Below are positions 17,301 to 27,346 of a stretch of 30,494 nucleotides of DNA, piece by piece. The DNA is from Snowella sp. GTDB lineage: Bacteria > Cyanobacteriota > Cyanobacteriia > Cyanobacteriales > Microcystaceae. The notes beneath the pieces were generated by a model that saw only the letters and a list, made by a program, of their open reading frames with translations, was not told the origin of the DNA and searched no databases. The stretch covers positions 1 to 30,494 of the forward strand of contig JAYKGY010000142.1 in assembly GCA_035285545.1 (NCBI GenBank). The letters run 5' to 3'. Numbering within the stretch: the first letter of the stretch is position 1; each line of letters opens with the position of its first letter. A program made the position numbers and the translations under genes.

Positions 17301-17463
17301 CATTGGCTCCGCTATAGTTAGCAGTGACTTGAATTTCCGTCGGAGAAATATCGGGATATTGGGCAACAGGCAGATTAACAATACAAATCAATCCCACCAA
17401 AAAGATGATGATGGCACAAACCGAAGTAAAAACGGGACGTTTAATAAAAAAATCAACAAACAT
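14335..17463 (-). CDS. RND efflux permease (AcrB/HAE1 family)
   Basis: FFIKRPVF, GMVVDDAIIVVE, GLASKNAILIVEFA, RLRPILMT; 1042 aa. Confidence 0.97.
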   Translation of the reverse strand: MFVDFFIKRPVFTSVCAIIIFLVGLICIVNLPVAQYPDISPTEIQVTANYSGANAEVVERAVTDILERQINGVEGLRYITSSSSNDGTSSITATFNRDRNKDIAAVDVQNRVALAEPQLPEPVKQTGVQVTKESTNLLLAIGLFSKEGRYDNVFLSNYADRYLVDSIKRVSGVGGVRIFGERRYAMRLWLNPIKLASQGLTTADVADVLREQNLQVGAGQLGQEPAPEGQEFQIDLRAASQLTEPAQFEDLILKTGANGLIVRLKDVGRVELGAENYGSFLRFRGQDAIGLGVYQLPESNALAVSKNVKQELSKLAESFPPGLDYRVAFDTTNYVRQSLLEVVKTLALAVLFVILVILVFLQDWRTTLIPALTIPLSLVGTFAFVKFFNFSINSLTLFGLTLATGMVVDDAIIVVEQISRFIQQKGMNPRQAASEAMAELSSAVIATSLVLMAVFIPVAFFPGTTGALYQQFALTIAFSITISTFLALTLTPSLCALLLRQGQHPPRWIAWFFNGFNDFLEGVRKRYRNILAWFSRLKIIVIGLFVALLGVTGWLYVQTPTAFLPDEDQGYFITIIQAPEGVSLQYTSKVIDQVEKEILKLPQVVGTFTVGGFSFSGNSANQGIIFTTLKPWEQRPGPENSVKALVGQLFGKFAMIPEARIFPVNPPAIQGLGNFGGFNFQLQDRRANSDLETLVQTMEMVLGKANQTPGLQAVFSTFQANTPQLLIEVNRNRAKTLGVDIDEIFNTLQTALGSQYVNDFNFQDRTYRVYLQADKEFRSKPEDIGELYVRSNQEQMIPLSNLVTVVPKVSAQTINHYNLFRAIAINGSPAPGVSSGGALNLMEQVAKDVLPRGFSYEWSGSSLEEIESQGLAPIIFGLGLVFVFLVLAAQYENYIDPLIIMLSVPLAILGALLAQMSRGFANDIYCQIGLVMLIGLASKNAILIVEFANQLREQGLPITKAAIEAAQDRLRPILMTALSTLIGTFPLLIATGAGAGSRQSLGTAVFGGMFVATFLSLFVVPILYIVIKSIAERLFLNKKERI

Positions 17464-17496
17464 TTAAAACTGCCTATAAAAAATTTTTAATTAACC

Positions 17497-17991
17497 CTAA
17501 ACCCCATAAAAATCTTCATCTAAAATCTCAGTAATTGAGAAGGGGCAGTTCATTGGATAGGCACTTTCATCAGGAGTATTCACGCCAAGTTTGGCCCGCT
17601 TGCCTTCTTTAATAGCCAGTTGATAGGCATCGGGATAGGCAGATTCAATTAAATTGGCTAAAGCCACATTTAGAGAGGGCGTTGCTTTTAAACTCTTTTG
17701 AATTCGTTTACGGTTTTCATCCACTGAATTTAACCAGCTTTGTTGCATCATTGCGGGAGCATCGGATTGAACTTTTAATTTGAGTAAGTGGGCTAATAAA
17801 ATCATTAAATTACTTTCTAAAGCTCGTTTTTCTGATTTTCCCAAATCTGCTAACTCCTCAATTAAATGTTGCCGATCTAATTGCTCAAAGTCAGAATTTT
17901 CAAGCTGTTTAATCGTTTGTTCAATCCATAATTGAAAATCTTGATCGTATAAAGATGAACTCTCTCCCTTTTGATCCATCAAAATTGCCAT
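17497..17991 (-). CDS. DUF29 family protein
   Basis: LYDQDFQLWIEQT, HLIEELADLGKSEKRALES, LLAHLLK, CPFSITEILDEDFY. Confidence 0.93.
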   Translation of the reverse strand: MAILMDQKGESSSLYDQDFQLWIEQTIKQLENSDFEQLDRQHLIEELADLGKSEKRALESNLMILLAHLLKLKVQSDAPAMMQQSWLNSVDENRKRIQKSLKATPSLNVALANLIESAYPDAYQLAIKEGKRAKLGVNTPDESAYPMNCPFSITEILDEDFYGV

Positions 17992-18065
17992 TTTTTTTAC
18001 TCCATCTCCTCTGTCAAAATGTTGTTAAATCAGCTATTTTTCTTTAAGTATTCTTATTAATCATC

Positions 18066-18107
18066 AATTATTAACTATTAACTATTAACTATTAATTATT
18101 AATTAGT
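18066..18107. repeat. Heptamer tandem repeat AA(C/T)TATT, about 6 units, at the end of the adaptor gene
   Basis: aattatt aactatt aactatt aactatt aattatt aattagt; the reverse complement of the AATAGTT unit at 10822. Confidence 0.85.
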
Positions 18108-19667
18108 ATTCGGCGGCATTTGATTCGTATCTAAAAGGGGCATCCCTTCTTGCAGATTCATTTGTCCTGCGGTTACGATTTTGTCGCCTGGTTTTAATCC
18201 TGATAAAACTTGATAATCATTTCCCTGCATATTGCCCAGGGTGATGGATTGTTGTTTGGCAACCAGTTGGGGCTTGTTGGTTTTGGGATCGGTAGCTGAT
18301 TGGGCGACAAAAACGAAGCTCTCAGAACCAATCCGAGTAATGGCGGTCGCAGGAACTAATACCCCTGAGCCTTGGCTCCAAATGATGCGGGCTTGGACTA
18401 ACTGACGATTGAGTAATTCTCGACCGATATTATTAAAACTGGCTCTGGCGAGGACGCTTTGGGCATTGGCTGTAACGCTGGGAGAAATAAAGCTAATATT
18501 GCCTTTTGCGATCGCTTTACCTTGAGCATCTAAGATTTCAACGGGTAATCCTAAGCGTAAATTAGGCGCTTGATCGAGGGGAACAGATAAATTAATTTCT
18601 AGCTTTTTATTTTCCGTAATGGTCGTTAAACTATCCCCTGATTTAACGAAATCCCCAACTTTGGCTGGAATATAGCCAATAATACCTGTAAAAGGCGCAC
18701 GAATTTGGCTTTTTTTGATTTGAACTTCGACGGATCGGACTTCCGCTTGCGATTCCGCCACCTGGGCCCTGGCTTGCGCGATCGCTTCGGGGCGTGCCCC
18801 ATTTTGTAACCGTCTTAAATTTTGCCGTTGTTCTTCCACTTCTGCTTGAATTCGCTCAATATCTGCCCCCCTACCTTTACTGAGTTGGGATAAACGACGT
18901 TGGGCCGATTGGACTTCCGCGATCGCTTGGCGTTCCTCCTTCACCTGTTGCTCATAGGTATCTAAGGCAATCACCCCTTCATTTTTCAAATTAGAAAACC
19001 GTTGTACCCGTTGCCGCATGAGATCCGCTTGGGCTTTAGCCGAATCCAACTGGGCTTTAGCCTGAGCGATTTCTTCGGGACTGGCTCCCCCTTGAGTGTT
19101 GGCTAATCGGGTTTGAGCTTGTCTTAGGGCAGCTTGCGCTTGGGCAATGTCTTCCGCACGAGATCCTGCTTCTAATTCCGCTAGGGCTGCTTTATCTTTG
19201 GCTAAGGCTGCTTTCGCTTGCATCAATTCAGTTTGTAACGTATCGCTATCAAGACGCATCAAAACTTGCCCTTGACTAACTAAATCTCCTTCGCTTACGA
19301 CAATTTGGCTCAGACGACCATCGACTTCTGACGCAATATTGGTGGCGCGACTTGCTTCTAGGGTTCCCACTAAATCGGAGGCATTTTCCACAGGGGTTAA
19401 ACTAACGGTTTGTAACTTAACGGGCATTACCTGTGGGCCAGCCGCCATCGCTGAAGGAGAAGCTTGGGGCGCGTTGCGTTGGGCCAACCACCAATTAACC
19501 CCAAAACCTCCCGCCGACATTAAAACGATCAGACCTAAGATCCATTTCCACCAACTTTGAGGAGAAGATTTAGGCTTTTTTGAGGCGACGCGATGAACAT
19601 TCTCTGGCTCTGCCCAGGTTTCGGAAGGCGGAGAGGAAGGAGGCTCGACGGTTTGATGATCTGCCAT
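18099..19667 (-). CDS. RND periplasmic adaptor subunit (HlyD/MFP)
   Basis: N-terminal TM, VSEGDLVSQGQVL, long coiled coil, IRAPFTGIIG, GLKPGDKIVTAG. Confidence 0.95.
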   Translation of the reverse strand: MADHQTVEPPSSPPSETWAEPENVHRVASKKPKSSPQSWWKWILGLIVLMSAGGFGVNWWLAQRNAPQASPSAMAAGPQVMPVKLQTVSLTPVENASDLVGTLEASRATNIASEVDGRLSQIVVSEGDLVSQGQVLMRLDSDTLQTELMQAKAALAKDKAALAELEAGSRAEDIAQAQAALRQAQTRLANTQGGASPEEIAQAKAQLDSAKAQADLMRQRVQRFSNLKNEGVIALDTYEQQVKEERQAIAEVQSAQRRLSQLSKGRGADIERIQAEVEEQRQNLRRLQNGARPEAIAQARAQVAESQAEVRSVEVQIKKSQIRAPFTGIIGYIPAKVGDFVKSGDSLTTITENKKLEINLSVPLDQAPNLRLGLPVEILDAQGKAIAKGNISFISPSVTANAQSVLARASFNNIGRELLNRQLVQARIIWSQGSGVLVPATAITRIGSESFVFVAQSATDPKTNKPQLVAKQQSITLGNMQGNDYQVLSGLKPGDKIVTAGQMNLQEGMPLLDTNQMPPNTN

Positions 19668-20107
19668 ATTAATTCGATAAAAGCTGGGATTTGACTCTTA
19701 GTGTAACAGCTTCTTTACAATTTTTGAGGATCATGAGTTGGGGTGTTTTTTTAATAAAAATCTATCAAAAGTATGATTGATATTTAAGATAAATTTTAGT
19801 AAGGAAATCAGAGTAGAAAAAGTAAGGGGGGATCCCCAGAATGGGTCTAATCACATTAATGTTGAGAATAATAGCAAGGTGGGAAACCGTCAAGATCTTC
19901 AATAAGTGTTAGTTGTCTGATAAAAAATCATATTTCCTTCAATTATCCAATAAAAATAAATACGGATTAAATACTGGACGAATCAATATCGATTGTTTTT
20001 TCTTAAAAATCATTGTAGATTTCTTCAAAAAAAGTTACTTGAAAATTATCTAGATTTTGTTTTTTAAGTAAATTTATTTATCCCAAAAACCTAAATAAAT
20101 AGAAAGA

Positions 20108-20434
20108 CTATCCCCTATCCAGAAACTTGAGGCTACTGAGAACTAGATCACTCACCGCATTAGCGATCGCGAACTCACTATAAAAACTTTCTCGAAAATC
20201 AAACGCTTGCATTTCCGTCACAATAGCAATCACCAAAGACCCTAAATCATTTTCGCCTTCTAACCGTTGACGCACGAAAATTTGAGAAGCCCGTTGAGCA
20301 ATGATTTGATTAATCGCTTCTGGGATAAACTCTTCATCTAACCACCGATGCAGCGATCGCGCCAACCACTCCCCTTCTTGATCAGGATCTTGGAGCGGCG
20401 GCAAAGTGATAGGAGGAATCGGTTCAACTGCCAT
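20108..20434 (-). CDS. Conserved cyanobacterial hypothetical protein
   Basis: WLDEEFIPE, FVRQRLEGENDLG, FAIANAVSDL; TATAAT upstream at 20500-20495. Confidence 0.8.
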   Translation of the reverse strand: MAVEPIPPITLPPLQDPDQEGEWLARSLHRWLDEEFIPEAINQIIAQRASQIFVRQRLEGENDLGSLVIAIVTEMQAFDFRESFYSEFAIANAVSDLVLSSLKFLDRG

Positions 20435-20721
20435 AAACCTAAAACTTAATCGAGATTGAAGGATAAAGATAGACAGAAGGAAAATATTGATTTCATTATA
20501 CAGGCAGATGTTGAGAGCAAGAATGGGATCACCCCAGAGATCTAACCCACAGCTCCCCCCTCAGAGCGATCGCCCAGCCCATTAAAACCATGCTTTCCTC
20601 CGACTTCTACCGAATAGCTGAGGCTCATCATCCGCCCAAATGCTAGCCTAAAAATATCCTAGTAAAGCCAAGGAACCCAAAAATTGCAAGATTGTGCAGC
20701 TTCAGCCCTGTAGGTTTAAAA

Positions 20722-21663
20722 ATGAATGCGTTACTCATTGTCAATCCCCACTCTGGAACTGCCGTAAATTCAGACTTACTACCGGATTTACTCAACACCT
20801 TCCACCAACACGATATGGTAGTGGAGATCGAACAAACCACCCCCGAAGAAGATGGACAACAATTAGCCGCTAACGCAGCCAGGCGTGGGGTTCCGTTAGT
20901 CATCGTTGCAGGCGGAGACGGCACCATCGAAGCCGTTGTCCGAGGATTAATTAACACCCCAACAACCTTAGGAATTATCCCCTTTGGAACTCGGAATAAT
21001 TTAGCCACAAGCCTGAATATTCCTAATAACTTCGCCCAAGCAATACGGGTTTTAAAAGAAGGGCAATGTCATCGAATTGATGTTGGGAAAGTAGATGGGT
21101 ATTACTTTTTAGAGGTTGTTGGTATCGGGTTAGAAGCCACTCTTTTTCCTTGGGGAGAAGGGGTTAAGGATGCTGCCAAAAATAATTATTTAGCCGCTGT
21201 CAGTAGTTTGTGGACTGGGCTATCTACTTTCTTTCAGTTCCCTCCCCATTCCTTGACCTTAAAGCTCGATGGCAAGCGAAGACAACGGTTACACACCTTA
21301 CAAGTCAATATCTGCAATAGTCCTCGCTATGGGGTAGAAGTTGTTCCCTCTGCCGATGTTCAAATGGATGACGGAAAGCTCGATATTGTTTATATGAAGC
21401 ATCCTTCTAAATGGGATCATCTGCATTATTTTTTGAGTACCGTCAGTGGTCAACCCTTGGAGCATCAGCAACTGAGAACCTACCAAGCCAGTAAAATTGA
21501 AGTGGAAAGTTTTCCTCCCCTCGAAGTTCATGCTGATGGGATTTGTATTGGTCATACACCGATTACCCTAGAAGTGATTCCCAGCGTCTTACCTGTCCTC
21601 ATTCCTACCCCAGAATTATTAGCAGAATTTTTAGCTGAAAACAGTTTGATCTCAGTTATTTAA
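20722..21663 (+). CDS. Diacylglycerol/lipid kinase family protein (YegS/BmrU-like)
   Basis: IVNPHSG, AGGDGT, IPFGTRNN, DVGKV, DDGKLD, HADG; ATG 20722 preferred over TTG 20692. Confidence 0.92.
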   Translation: MNALLIVNPHSGTAVNSDLLPDLLNTFHQHDMVVEIEQTTPEEDGQQLAANAARRGVPLVIVAGGDGTIEAVVRGLINTPTTLGIIPFGTRNNLATSLNIPNNFAQAIRVLKEGQCHRIDVGKVDGYYFLEVVGIGLEATLFPWGEGVKDAAKNNYLAAVSSLWTGLSTFFQFPPHSLTLKLDGKRRQRLHTLQVNICNSPRYGVEVVPSADVQMDDGKLDIVYMKHPSKWDHLHYFLSTVSGQPLEHQQLRTYQASKIEVESFPPLEVHADGICIGHTPITLEVIPSVLPVLIPTPELLAEFLAENSLISVI

Positions 21664-21822
21664 AGCTAAAATTTAGCATAAAAAGATTCATTGAAGCAGA
21701 TTGACTCTTTAGCTGAGTTATCCCTATCTTTCTTTATCGGACTACGGAATTAAAAGAACAAAATACCAAAAAAGGATGAGAAAAACTCACCCTTAGAAAT
21801 TTTAAAGTACAAGAATTTGTCG

Positions 21823-22482
21823 CTATGCACTGACCCCTAATGGCAACGGACAGGAAACATTCGTCCCACCTAACCCACAATAGCCATTGGGATTTTTCGC
21901 TAAATACTGTTGATGGTAATCTTCAGCGTAATAAAATTCAGGGGCTTCTAAAATTTCCGTCGTAATTGCTGAATAGCCCGCTTTATTTAAGGCCGTTTGA
22001 TACATCTGACGAGATTGCTCCGCCGTTTGTTGTTGGGTTTCCGAGTAAGTATAGATTCCTGAACGGTACTGAGTCCCCACATCATTGCCTTGTCGCATTC
22101 CTTGGGTGGGATTATGACTTTCCCAAAAAACCTTTAGGAGTTCAGCATAGCTAATAATCTGAGGATCAAAAACCACAAAGACGACCTCATTATGCCCCGT
22201 TAGACCGGTACAAACTTCGTGATAAGTCGGGTTAGGTGTGTAACCAGCGGCATAGCCTACGGCGGTTGTATAAACCCCAGGCAACTGCCAGAATTTGCGT
22301 TCTGCGCCCCAAAAACATCCTAAACCAAACAAAGCAGTCTCATAACCATCGGGAAAGGGGGGCTTAAGGGGGTTCCCGTTAACAAAATGGGAAGCAGGGA
22401 CTTTCATCGGGGTTGAACGTCCGGGGAGTGCTTCACTGGGGTTAGGAAGGGTGGCTTTTTTACCAAATCCAAAAAGTGCCAT
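21823..22482 (-). CDS. msrA: Peptide-methionine (S)-S-oxide reductase
   Basis: [33 protein letters not shown]; start could be 22482 or 22497. Confidence 0.97.
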   Translation of the reverse strand: MALFGFGKKATLPNPSEALPGRSTPMKVPASHFVNGNPLKPPFPDGYETALFGLGCFWGAERKFWQLPGVYTTAVGYAAGYTPNPTYHEVCTGLTGHNEVVFVVFDPQIISYAELLKVFWESHNPTQGMRQGNDVGTQYRSGIYTYSETQQQTAEQSRQMYQTALNKAGYSAITTEILEAPEFYYAEDYHQQYLAKNPNGYCGLGGTNVSCPLPLGVSA

Positions 22483-22627
22483 AGTAGGTTTCATCATCTG
22501 AATGCGTCTTTTTGATGATAACTGATGAATTCTTCCTCAGGGGCTGCTCACCCGTTTTAGGAATAATCCCTCCGTCTGACCAGTAAAGTAAAGAATGATC
22601 GGTTTTTAAGCACTTAATATTTTGTTG

Positions 22628-24601
22628 TCATATAACTCGCTCATTCCCGCCATCAATGGGAACCTGGGCGGCGGTTGTTTTGGCAAAGAGGGGCCCACAC
22701 ATTTCTGCGGCTAATTCGGCCACATCGCGACTGGTAATTTCGACTTTTAATAAATTATTGGTTTTGTAGTTTTCAATACTCAGACCATAATGTTTTGCTC
22801 TGGCGGTTAAGACTTCTTCTGTCCAAATTCCCGTATCAAACACCGCATTAGGATGGAGAGTATTTAACCGTATGCGATCGCGTCCCCACTCCAAGGCCGT
22901 TACCCGAATTAATTGATTCAAAGCCGCTTTAGAAACGGAATAGGCTCCCACCCCAGGGCCAGGCGCAGGTACATTTTTAGACCCGATCACCACCACTCGA
23001 CCGCCGTTAAACGCGAGTTTTAAAAACGGATAGCATTCCCGCAGAATCATTAAATTCGCATCTAAATTGAGGCTCATCACCCGTTGCCATTCGTCTTGAG
23101 TGAGATCGGCTACTCGACAACTCGGCGGAAAAATCCCTGCATTGAGAATCAAAATATCTAAGCCGCCAAAGGTTTCAATCCCTTTTTCTAAGGCTTGCTG
23201 AAAAGCTTTTTCATCGGTAACATCACATTGAATCCCACAAAAATCTGCTCGTTTATGTAAATTCTCTATCTCAGGCTGAATATCAAGAGCCACTACCGCC
23301 GCACCCCGTTTCAACAAAGACTCTACACAGGCTTTGCCAATTCCCGATGCGGCCCCTGTCACTAACGCCACTTCTCCTGTAAATATCGGCGGCTTGCCAC
23401 CCTGACGTAATTTTGCTTGCTCTAAATCCCAATATTCCACATCAAAAATATCTTTGGCAGATAAAGCTTGATAGCCCCCCAATAAGGTTGCCCGTTCAAT
23501 AATATCGATGGTGTGATCATAGATATCCGCCACGATCGCCGTACTTTTGGCCGTTTGTCCCACCGTACAGAGTCCCAATTCGCGATCGAGAATGACACGG
23601 GGAGCTTTATCTAAAATCGTCTTGGGTTCCTTTGCTTTAGCGGCTTCCGTATTGAAATAAGCTTGATAAGCTTGTGCGTAGGCTTGAACATCCCGACCAA
23701 TTTGGGGTAAACGTTTGGTACGGATAACATGATCGGGCGTTGCTGGGCCTTGTTGAGCAATAGTCGCCACATCAGACCGTTGGGCAAAGGCTAAGTATTT
23801 TTCCTCTGCATGACGATTAACAATAACAGGAAAGCCTGCGGTATTAGCAATCTCTGATCTTAAATTGGCTAACGATTGACTAACTGATTGAGTCGGTAAA
23901 GCGGGGGTTTTACGGTTTAACTCCCAAGCTCCCTGTTTTTGCAAATAATCCTCTGCCAAGCTCACCAGATCAATCATGCGATCATACGCTTCCTTCGCTG
24001 TTTCCCCAAAGGAAAAGATGCCATGATTCATCAACACCATGCCAATCGTCTGCGGGCCTGCCTCTGCATTGAATCGTTCTGCACACAGTCGGGCTAAATC
24101 AAACCCAGGCATGATATAGGGAATAATCACTAAGCGATCGCCGTAAATTTCCTGAATTCGTTCCCAACCGTTGGCTGTATTGGTAATCGTAACCACCGCA
24201 TCCGCATGGGTATGATCTACGAACTTATAGGGCAAAATAGCGTGCAAAATCGTTTCTACAGAGGGAGACGGCGCACTAGCACGAGTCATCTGGGTTTTTA
24301 ACTCATTCACCATCTGCGGATCACTTAACGAGCTTAACTTCGCTAATTTTAATAAATGGGGCATCCGTACTGGCGCAAATCCCGCTTCTTCAATGGTGGC
24401 TAAATCCCAACCACTCCCTTTAACGTACAAAATATCTTCCACTTCACCGACTAAATTAGTTTCCTGCACCTTAACCGAAGTATTCCCTCCCCCGTGCAAC
24501 ACCAAGCACGGATCACGCCCCAACAGACGGGAGGTATAAACTCGTTGGGCTAAATCTCCTGAATAGCGAGCCGCTTCCTGGTCATTCCACAAATTTTGCA
24601 T
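22628..24601 (-). CDS. Bifunctional class II aldolase / short-chain dehydrogenase (RhaED-like)
   Basis: HGGGNTSVK, KGSGWDL, PSVET, DHTHAD, NHG, TPDH, then the SDR motifs TGAASGIG, NAG and YSVSK. Confidence 0.92.
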   Translation of the reverse strand: MQNLWNDQEAARYSGDLAQRVYTSRLLGRDPCLVLHGGGNTSVKVQETNLVGEVEDILYVKGSGWDLATIEEAGFAPVRMPHLLKLAKLSSLSDPQMVNELKTQMTRASAPSPSVETILHAILPYKFVDHTHADAVVTITNTANGWERIQEIYGDRLVIIPYIMPGFDLARLCAERFNAEAGPQTIGMVLMNHGIFSFGETAKEAYDRMIDLVSLAEDYLQKQGAWELNRKTPALPTQSVSQSLANLRSEIANTAGFPVIVNRHAEEKYLAFAQRSDVATIAQQGPATPDHVIRTKRLPQIGRDVQAYAQAYQAYFNTEAAKAKEPKTILDKAPRVILDRELGLCTVGQTAKSTAIVADIYDHTIDIIERATLLGGYQALSAKDIFDVEYWDLEQAKLRQGGKPPIFTGEVALVTGAASGIGKACVESLLKRGAAVVALDIQPEIENLHKRADFCGIQCDVTDEKAFQQALEKGIETFGGLDILILNAGIFPPSCRVADLTQDEWQRVMSLNLDANLMILRECYPFLKLAFNGGRVVVIGSKNVPAPGPGVGAYSVSKAALNQLIRVTALEWGRDRIRLNTLHPNAVFDTGIWTEEVLTARAKHYGLSIENYKTNNLLKVEITSRDVAELAAEMCGPLFAKTTAAQVPIDGGNERVI

Positions 24602-24725
24602 AAAAAATTAGGCGAATCTTAAAGTTTAATTTTATCTTTTAAAAATCACGATACCATGAGAGGTTATTAATCACTGACAGATAAATCCCTAACTTTAAGC
24701 AGAAATAACTTAAAAGGAGAAATCG

Positions 24726-25850
24726 GTGAGCGCAGAACGAAGTTATTGGTTAGCTTGGTCAAAAATTTCTGGGGTTGGCCCTGTTTTACTCAAAAGAATT
24801 TATCAGCATTTTGATACCTTAGAAAACGCTTGGAAAGCTTCACCCAAAGCATTAGGAGAAGTCAATGGTTTAGGCGGTAAACTGATTCAAACAATTTTGG
24901 AACAACGCAATCAAATTAACCCCGATCAATTATTAGAAGACCACAGCCAAAAAAATCCGCAATTTTGGACACCCAGCGATGAAGCCTATCCCCGTTTACT
25001 CTGGGAGATTCCTAGTCCGCCGCCTGTGTTGTACTACAAAGGGCAAGTCAATCCACAAGAAAATTTAGGCGTGATTCCCTGTATTGGCATTGTGGGAACC
25101 CGGTATCCGACCGAGCATGGTCGTCGTTGGACGAAAAAAATTAGTATCAACTTAGCGAAAAGTGGTTTTACCGTCGTTTCAGGATTAGCCGCAGGGATTG
25201 ATGGGGATGCCCACACCAGTTGCCTCGAAGCCGGAGGAAGAACGATCGCCGTTTTAGGAACGGGATTAGATTTAATTTATCCGCCCCAACATCGACAATT
25301 ATTTGATCAAATTGCAGAAAAAGGGTTAATTTTATCGGAATATCCTGTGGGAACCAGACCCGATCGCGGTAACTTTCCTGCTCGAAATCGCATCATTGCA
25401 GGCTTAAGCCGTGCCATTTTAGTAATGGAAGCCCCTGAAAAATCGGGATCTTTAATTACCGCCAGTTATGCTAATGAATTTAACCGAGATGTTTATACTT
25501 TGCCAAATTCCCCGGATATTTCCCAAGCAAGAGGCTGTTTAGACTTAATTAGTAGGGGATCAGAAATTATCGTTGATCCAGAAAAATTATTGCTGACGTT
25601 AGGTGCGATTCCGAATTTGGATCAATCCCAGCAATTATCGTTATTAGATCAACCTCAACCAGCACCGTTACCCGATTTAGATCCCGTTAGTCTCAAAATT
25701 TTTCAAGCCTTAAGTCTAGATCCGGTTGCCTTTGATGTCATTGTCCAAAATACCGGATTCACTGCTGCCGAAGTCTCAGGCAATTTACTCCAGTTAGAAT
25801 TAATGGGTTTAGTCACCCAACTGCCCGGAATGCGCTATCAACGACATTAA
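24726..25850 (+). CDS. dprA: DNA-processing protein DprA
   Basis: IVGTR, VSGLAAGIDG, FPARNRIIAGLS, SGSLITA, LLQLELMG; AGGAG RBS before the GTG start. Confidence 0.97.
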   Translation: MSAERSYWLAWSKISGVGPVLLKRIYQHFDTLENAWKASPKALGEVNGLGGKLIQTILEQRNQINPDQLLEDHSQKNPQFWTPSDEAYPRLLWEIPSPPPVLYYKGQVNPQENLGVIPCIGIVGTRYPTEHGRRWTKKISINLAKSGFTVVSGLAAGIDGDAHTSCLEAGGRTIAVLGTGLDLIYPPQHRQLFDQIAEKGLILSEYPVGTRPDRGNFPARNRIIAGLSRAILVMEAPEKSGSLITASYANEFNRDVYTLPNSPDISQARGCLDLISRGSEIIVDPEKLLLTLGAIPNLDQSQQLSLLDQPQPAPLPDLDPVSLKIFQALSLDPVAFDVIVQNTGFTAAEVSGNLLQLELMGLVTQLPGMRYQRH

Positions 25851-25875
25851 AAGCTTTAAGATTATGTTTGAAAAG

Positions 25876-25906
25876 CCCCCTAGCCCCCAATGTTGGGGGA
25901 ATTTTT
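25876..25906. terminator. Hairpin between convergent dprA and xseB (terminator or small dispersed repeat)
   Basis: CCCCCA-ATGT-TGGGGG followed by AATTTTT. Confidence 0.5.
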
Positions 25907-25971
25907 AGAATTATTGCAGTATTTAGAGATTTAAAGCACAAAATAAGACTTTGTTCTCTAATTTTTGTCTG

Positions 25972-26187
25972 TTAAAAATCATCCTCCAGCGTTTCGATTA
26001 ATAATTCCATTTTTTCCTTGCCTTTATTTAAAAATGCCTCACAACGCTGCAACTGCTCCACCGCGATCGCGAACTGAGAAAAGACCGTATCAAGGGGTAA
26101 AGAACCCGACTCAATTTCATCAATAATTTGTTCAATATGGTTAATGCTTTCTTCGTAGTTCCACTCTTTTGATGTCTTGCGGCTCAT
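25972..26187 (-). CDS. xseB: Exodeoxyribonuclease VII small subunit
   Basis: YEESINHIEQIIDEIESGSLPL...CEAFL; overlaps the xseA stop. Confidence 0.95.
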   Translation of the reverse strand: MSRKTSKEWNYEESINHIEQIIDEIESGSLPLDTVFSQFAIAVEQLQRCEAFLNKGKEKMELLIETLEDDF

Positions 26188-27335
26188 GGGTTAATGTCTG
26201 TAATCGTTGCTTTGATTTGTCCTTGTTTTAACTGAATGGTCAGCGTTTGACCTAGCGTAACTTGCTCAGTGGTCTGAATGACTTGATGTTCCTGCCGAAT
26301 CACCGCATAACCCCGCTCTAAAACCGCTTTTGGATCGAGGGCAATGAGTTTTTGCTGCAACAAGTGTAACTTAGCGATCGCCTGTAATAGGGTGCGAGAA
26401 TTTTGGGGCAAAGCACTCAATTGATCTTTTAAATCCGCTAAATGTTCCATTTCTGACTGTAGCTGATATTGTACGGCTCTTTGTAAACGGGCTTTTTGAA
26501 AATCCCATAATTTGACTAAATCGGCATAATTGGGAACGGCTAACTCAGCCGCCGCAGTGGGGGTATGGGCCTTTGCATCTGCCACTAAATCGGCTAAGGA
26601 TTCATCCCGTTCGTGCCCCAGCCCCGTGATTACAGGAATCGGACTTTGCGCGATCGACCTAACAACCCGTTCATCATTAAAACAGGCTAAATCTTCGACG
26701 GCTCCCCCACCTCTAGCTAGAATGACTATCTCTGCTCGGCCATCCTGTTTAATTCGCTCAAAGGCCCAGCTAATCGACTTCGGGGCATCTTCTCCTTGCA
26801 TGATGGCGGGAGAAAAAAGAATCTGTAATCCAGGGTAGCGTTGACTTAAGGTTCGTTGAATATCGCCCCAGGCCGCAGCAGTGGGTGAGGTAATCACGGC
26901 AATAATTTGGGGATGGGTGGGTAAGGCTCGTTTTCGGTCTGGATCAAACAATCCCTCCGTTTCGAGGCGCGATCGCAGTTGTTGATACCGTAATGCCTGT
27001 AAGCCTTCCCCTGCTGCCAAGGTTTGCCAGACATTGAGTTTATAGTCTCCCCGTTTAGCATAAAGGCGGACACTACCTAATACTAAAAACTGCTCTCCTC
27101 GACGGGGCAACTCCACTACCCGCGATCGCTGAGAATTCCACAAGACACATTGAATGGCTGAATCCCCACTCGGATCGGTCAAGGTAAAGAATAAACCTCT
27201 GGCATGGTCATTGAGGCTGGACACTTCCCCGACTACCCAAACCTGTTGTAAATAGCGATCGCCCTCTAGTAGGGATTGGAGATAGTCCGTTAAACCACTA
27301 ACGGTTACAGCACTATTAAGGGTTTCTAAGTTCAC
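26184..27335 (-). CDS. xseA: Exodeoxyribonuclease VII large subunit
   Basis: WVVGEVS, VITSPTAAAWGD, ARGGG, GLGHERD, TPTAAAE, VLERGYA. Confidence 0.97.
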   Translation of the reverse strand: MNLETLNSAVTVSGLTDYLQSLLEGDRYLQQVWVVGEVSSLNDHARGLFFTLTDPSGDSAIQCVLWNSQRSRVVELPRRGEQFLVLGSVRLYAKRGDYKLNVWQTLAAGEGLQALRYQQLRSRLETEGLFDPDRKRALPTHPQIIAVITSPTAAAWGDIQRTLSQRYPGLQILFSPAIMQGEDAPKSISWAFERIKQDGRAEIVILARGGGAVEDLACFNDERVVRSIAQSPIPVITGLGHERDESLADLVADAKAHTPTAAAELAVPNYADLVKLWDFQKARLQRAVQYQLQSEMEHLADLKDQLSALPQNSRTLLQAIAKLHLLQQKLIALDPKAVLERGYAVIRQEHQVIQTTEQVTLGQTLTIQLKQGQIKATITDINP

Positions 27336-27346
27336 GTTGATTTAAT

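Noticed and set aside
19668..20107. 440-bp AT-rich intergenic region upstream of the RND operon
   Set aside because: No convincing ORF, repeat, RNA structure or operator seen; probably promoter DNA.
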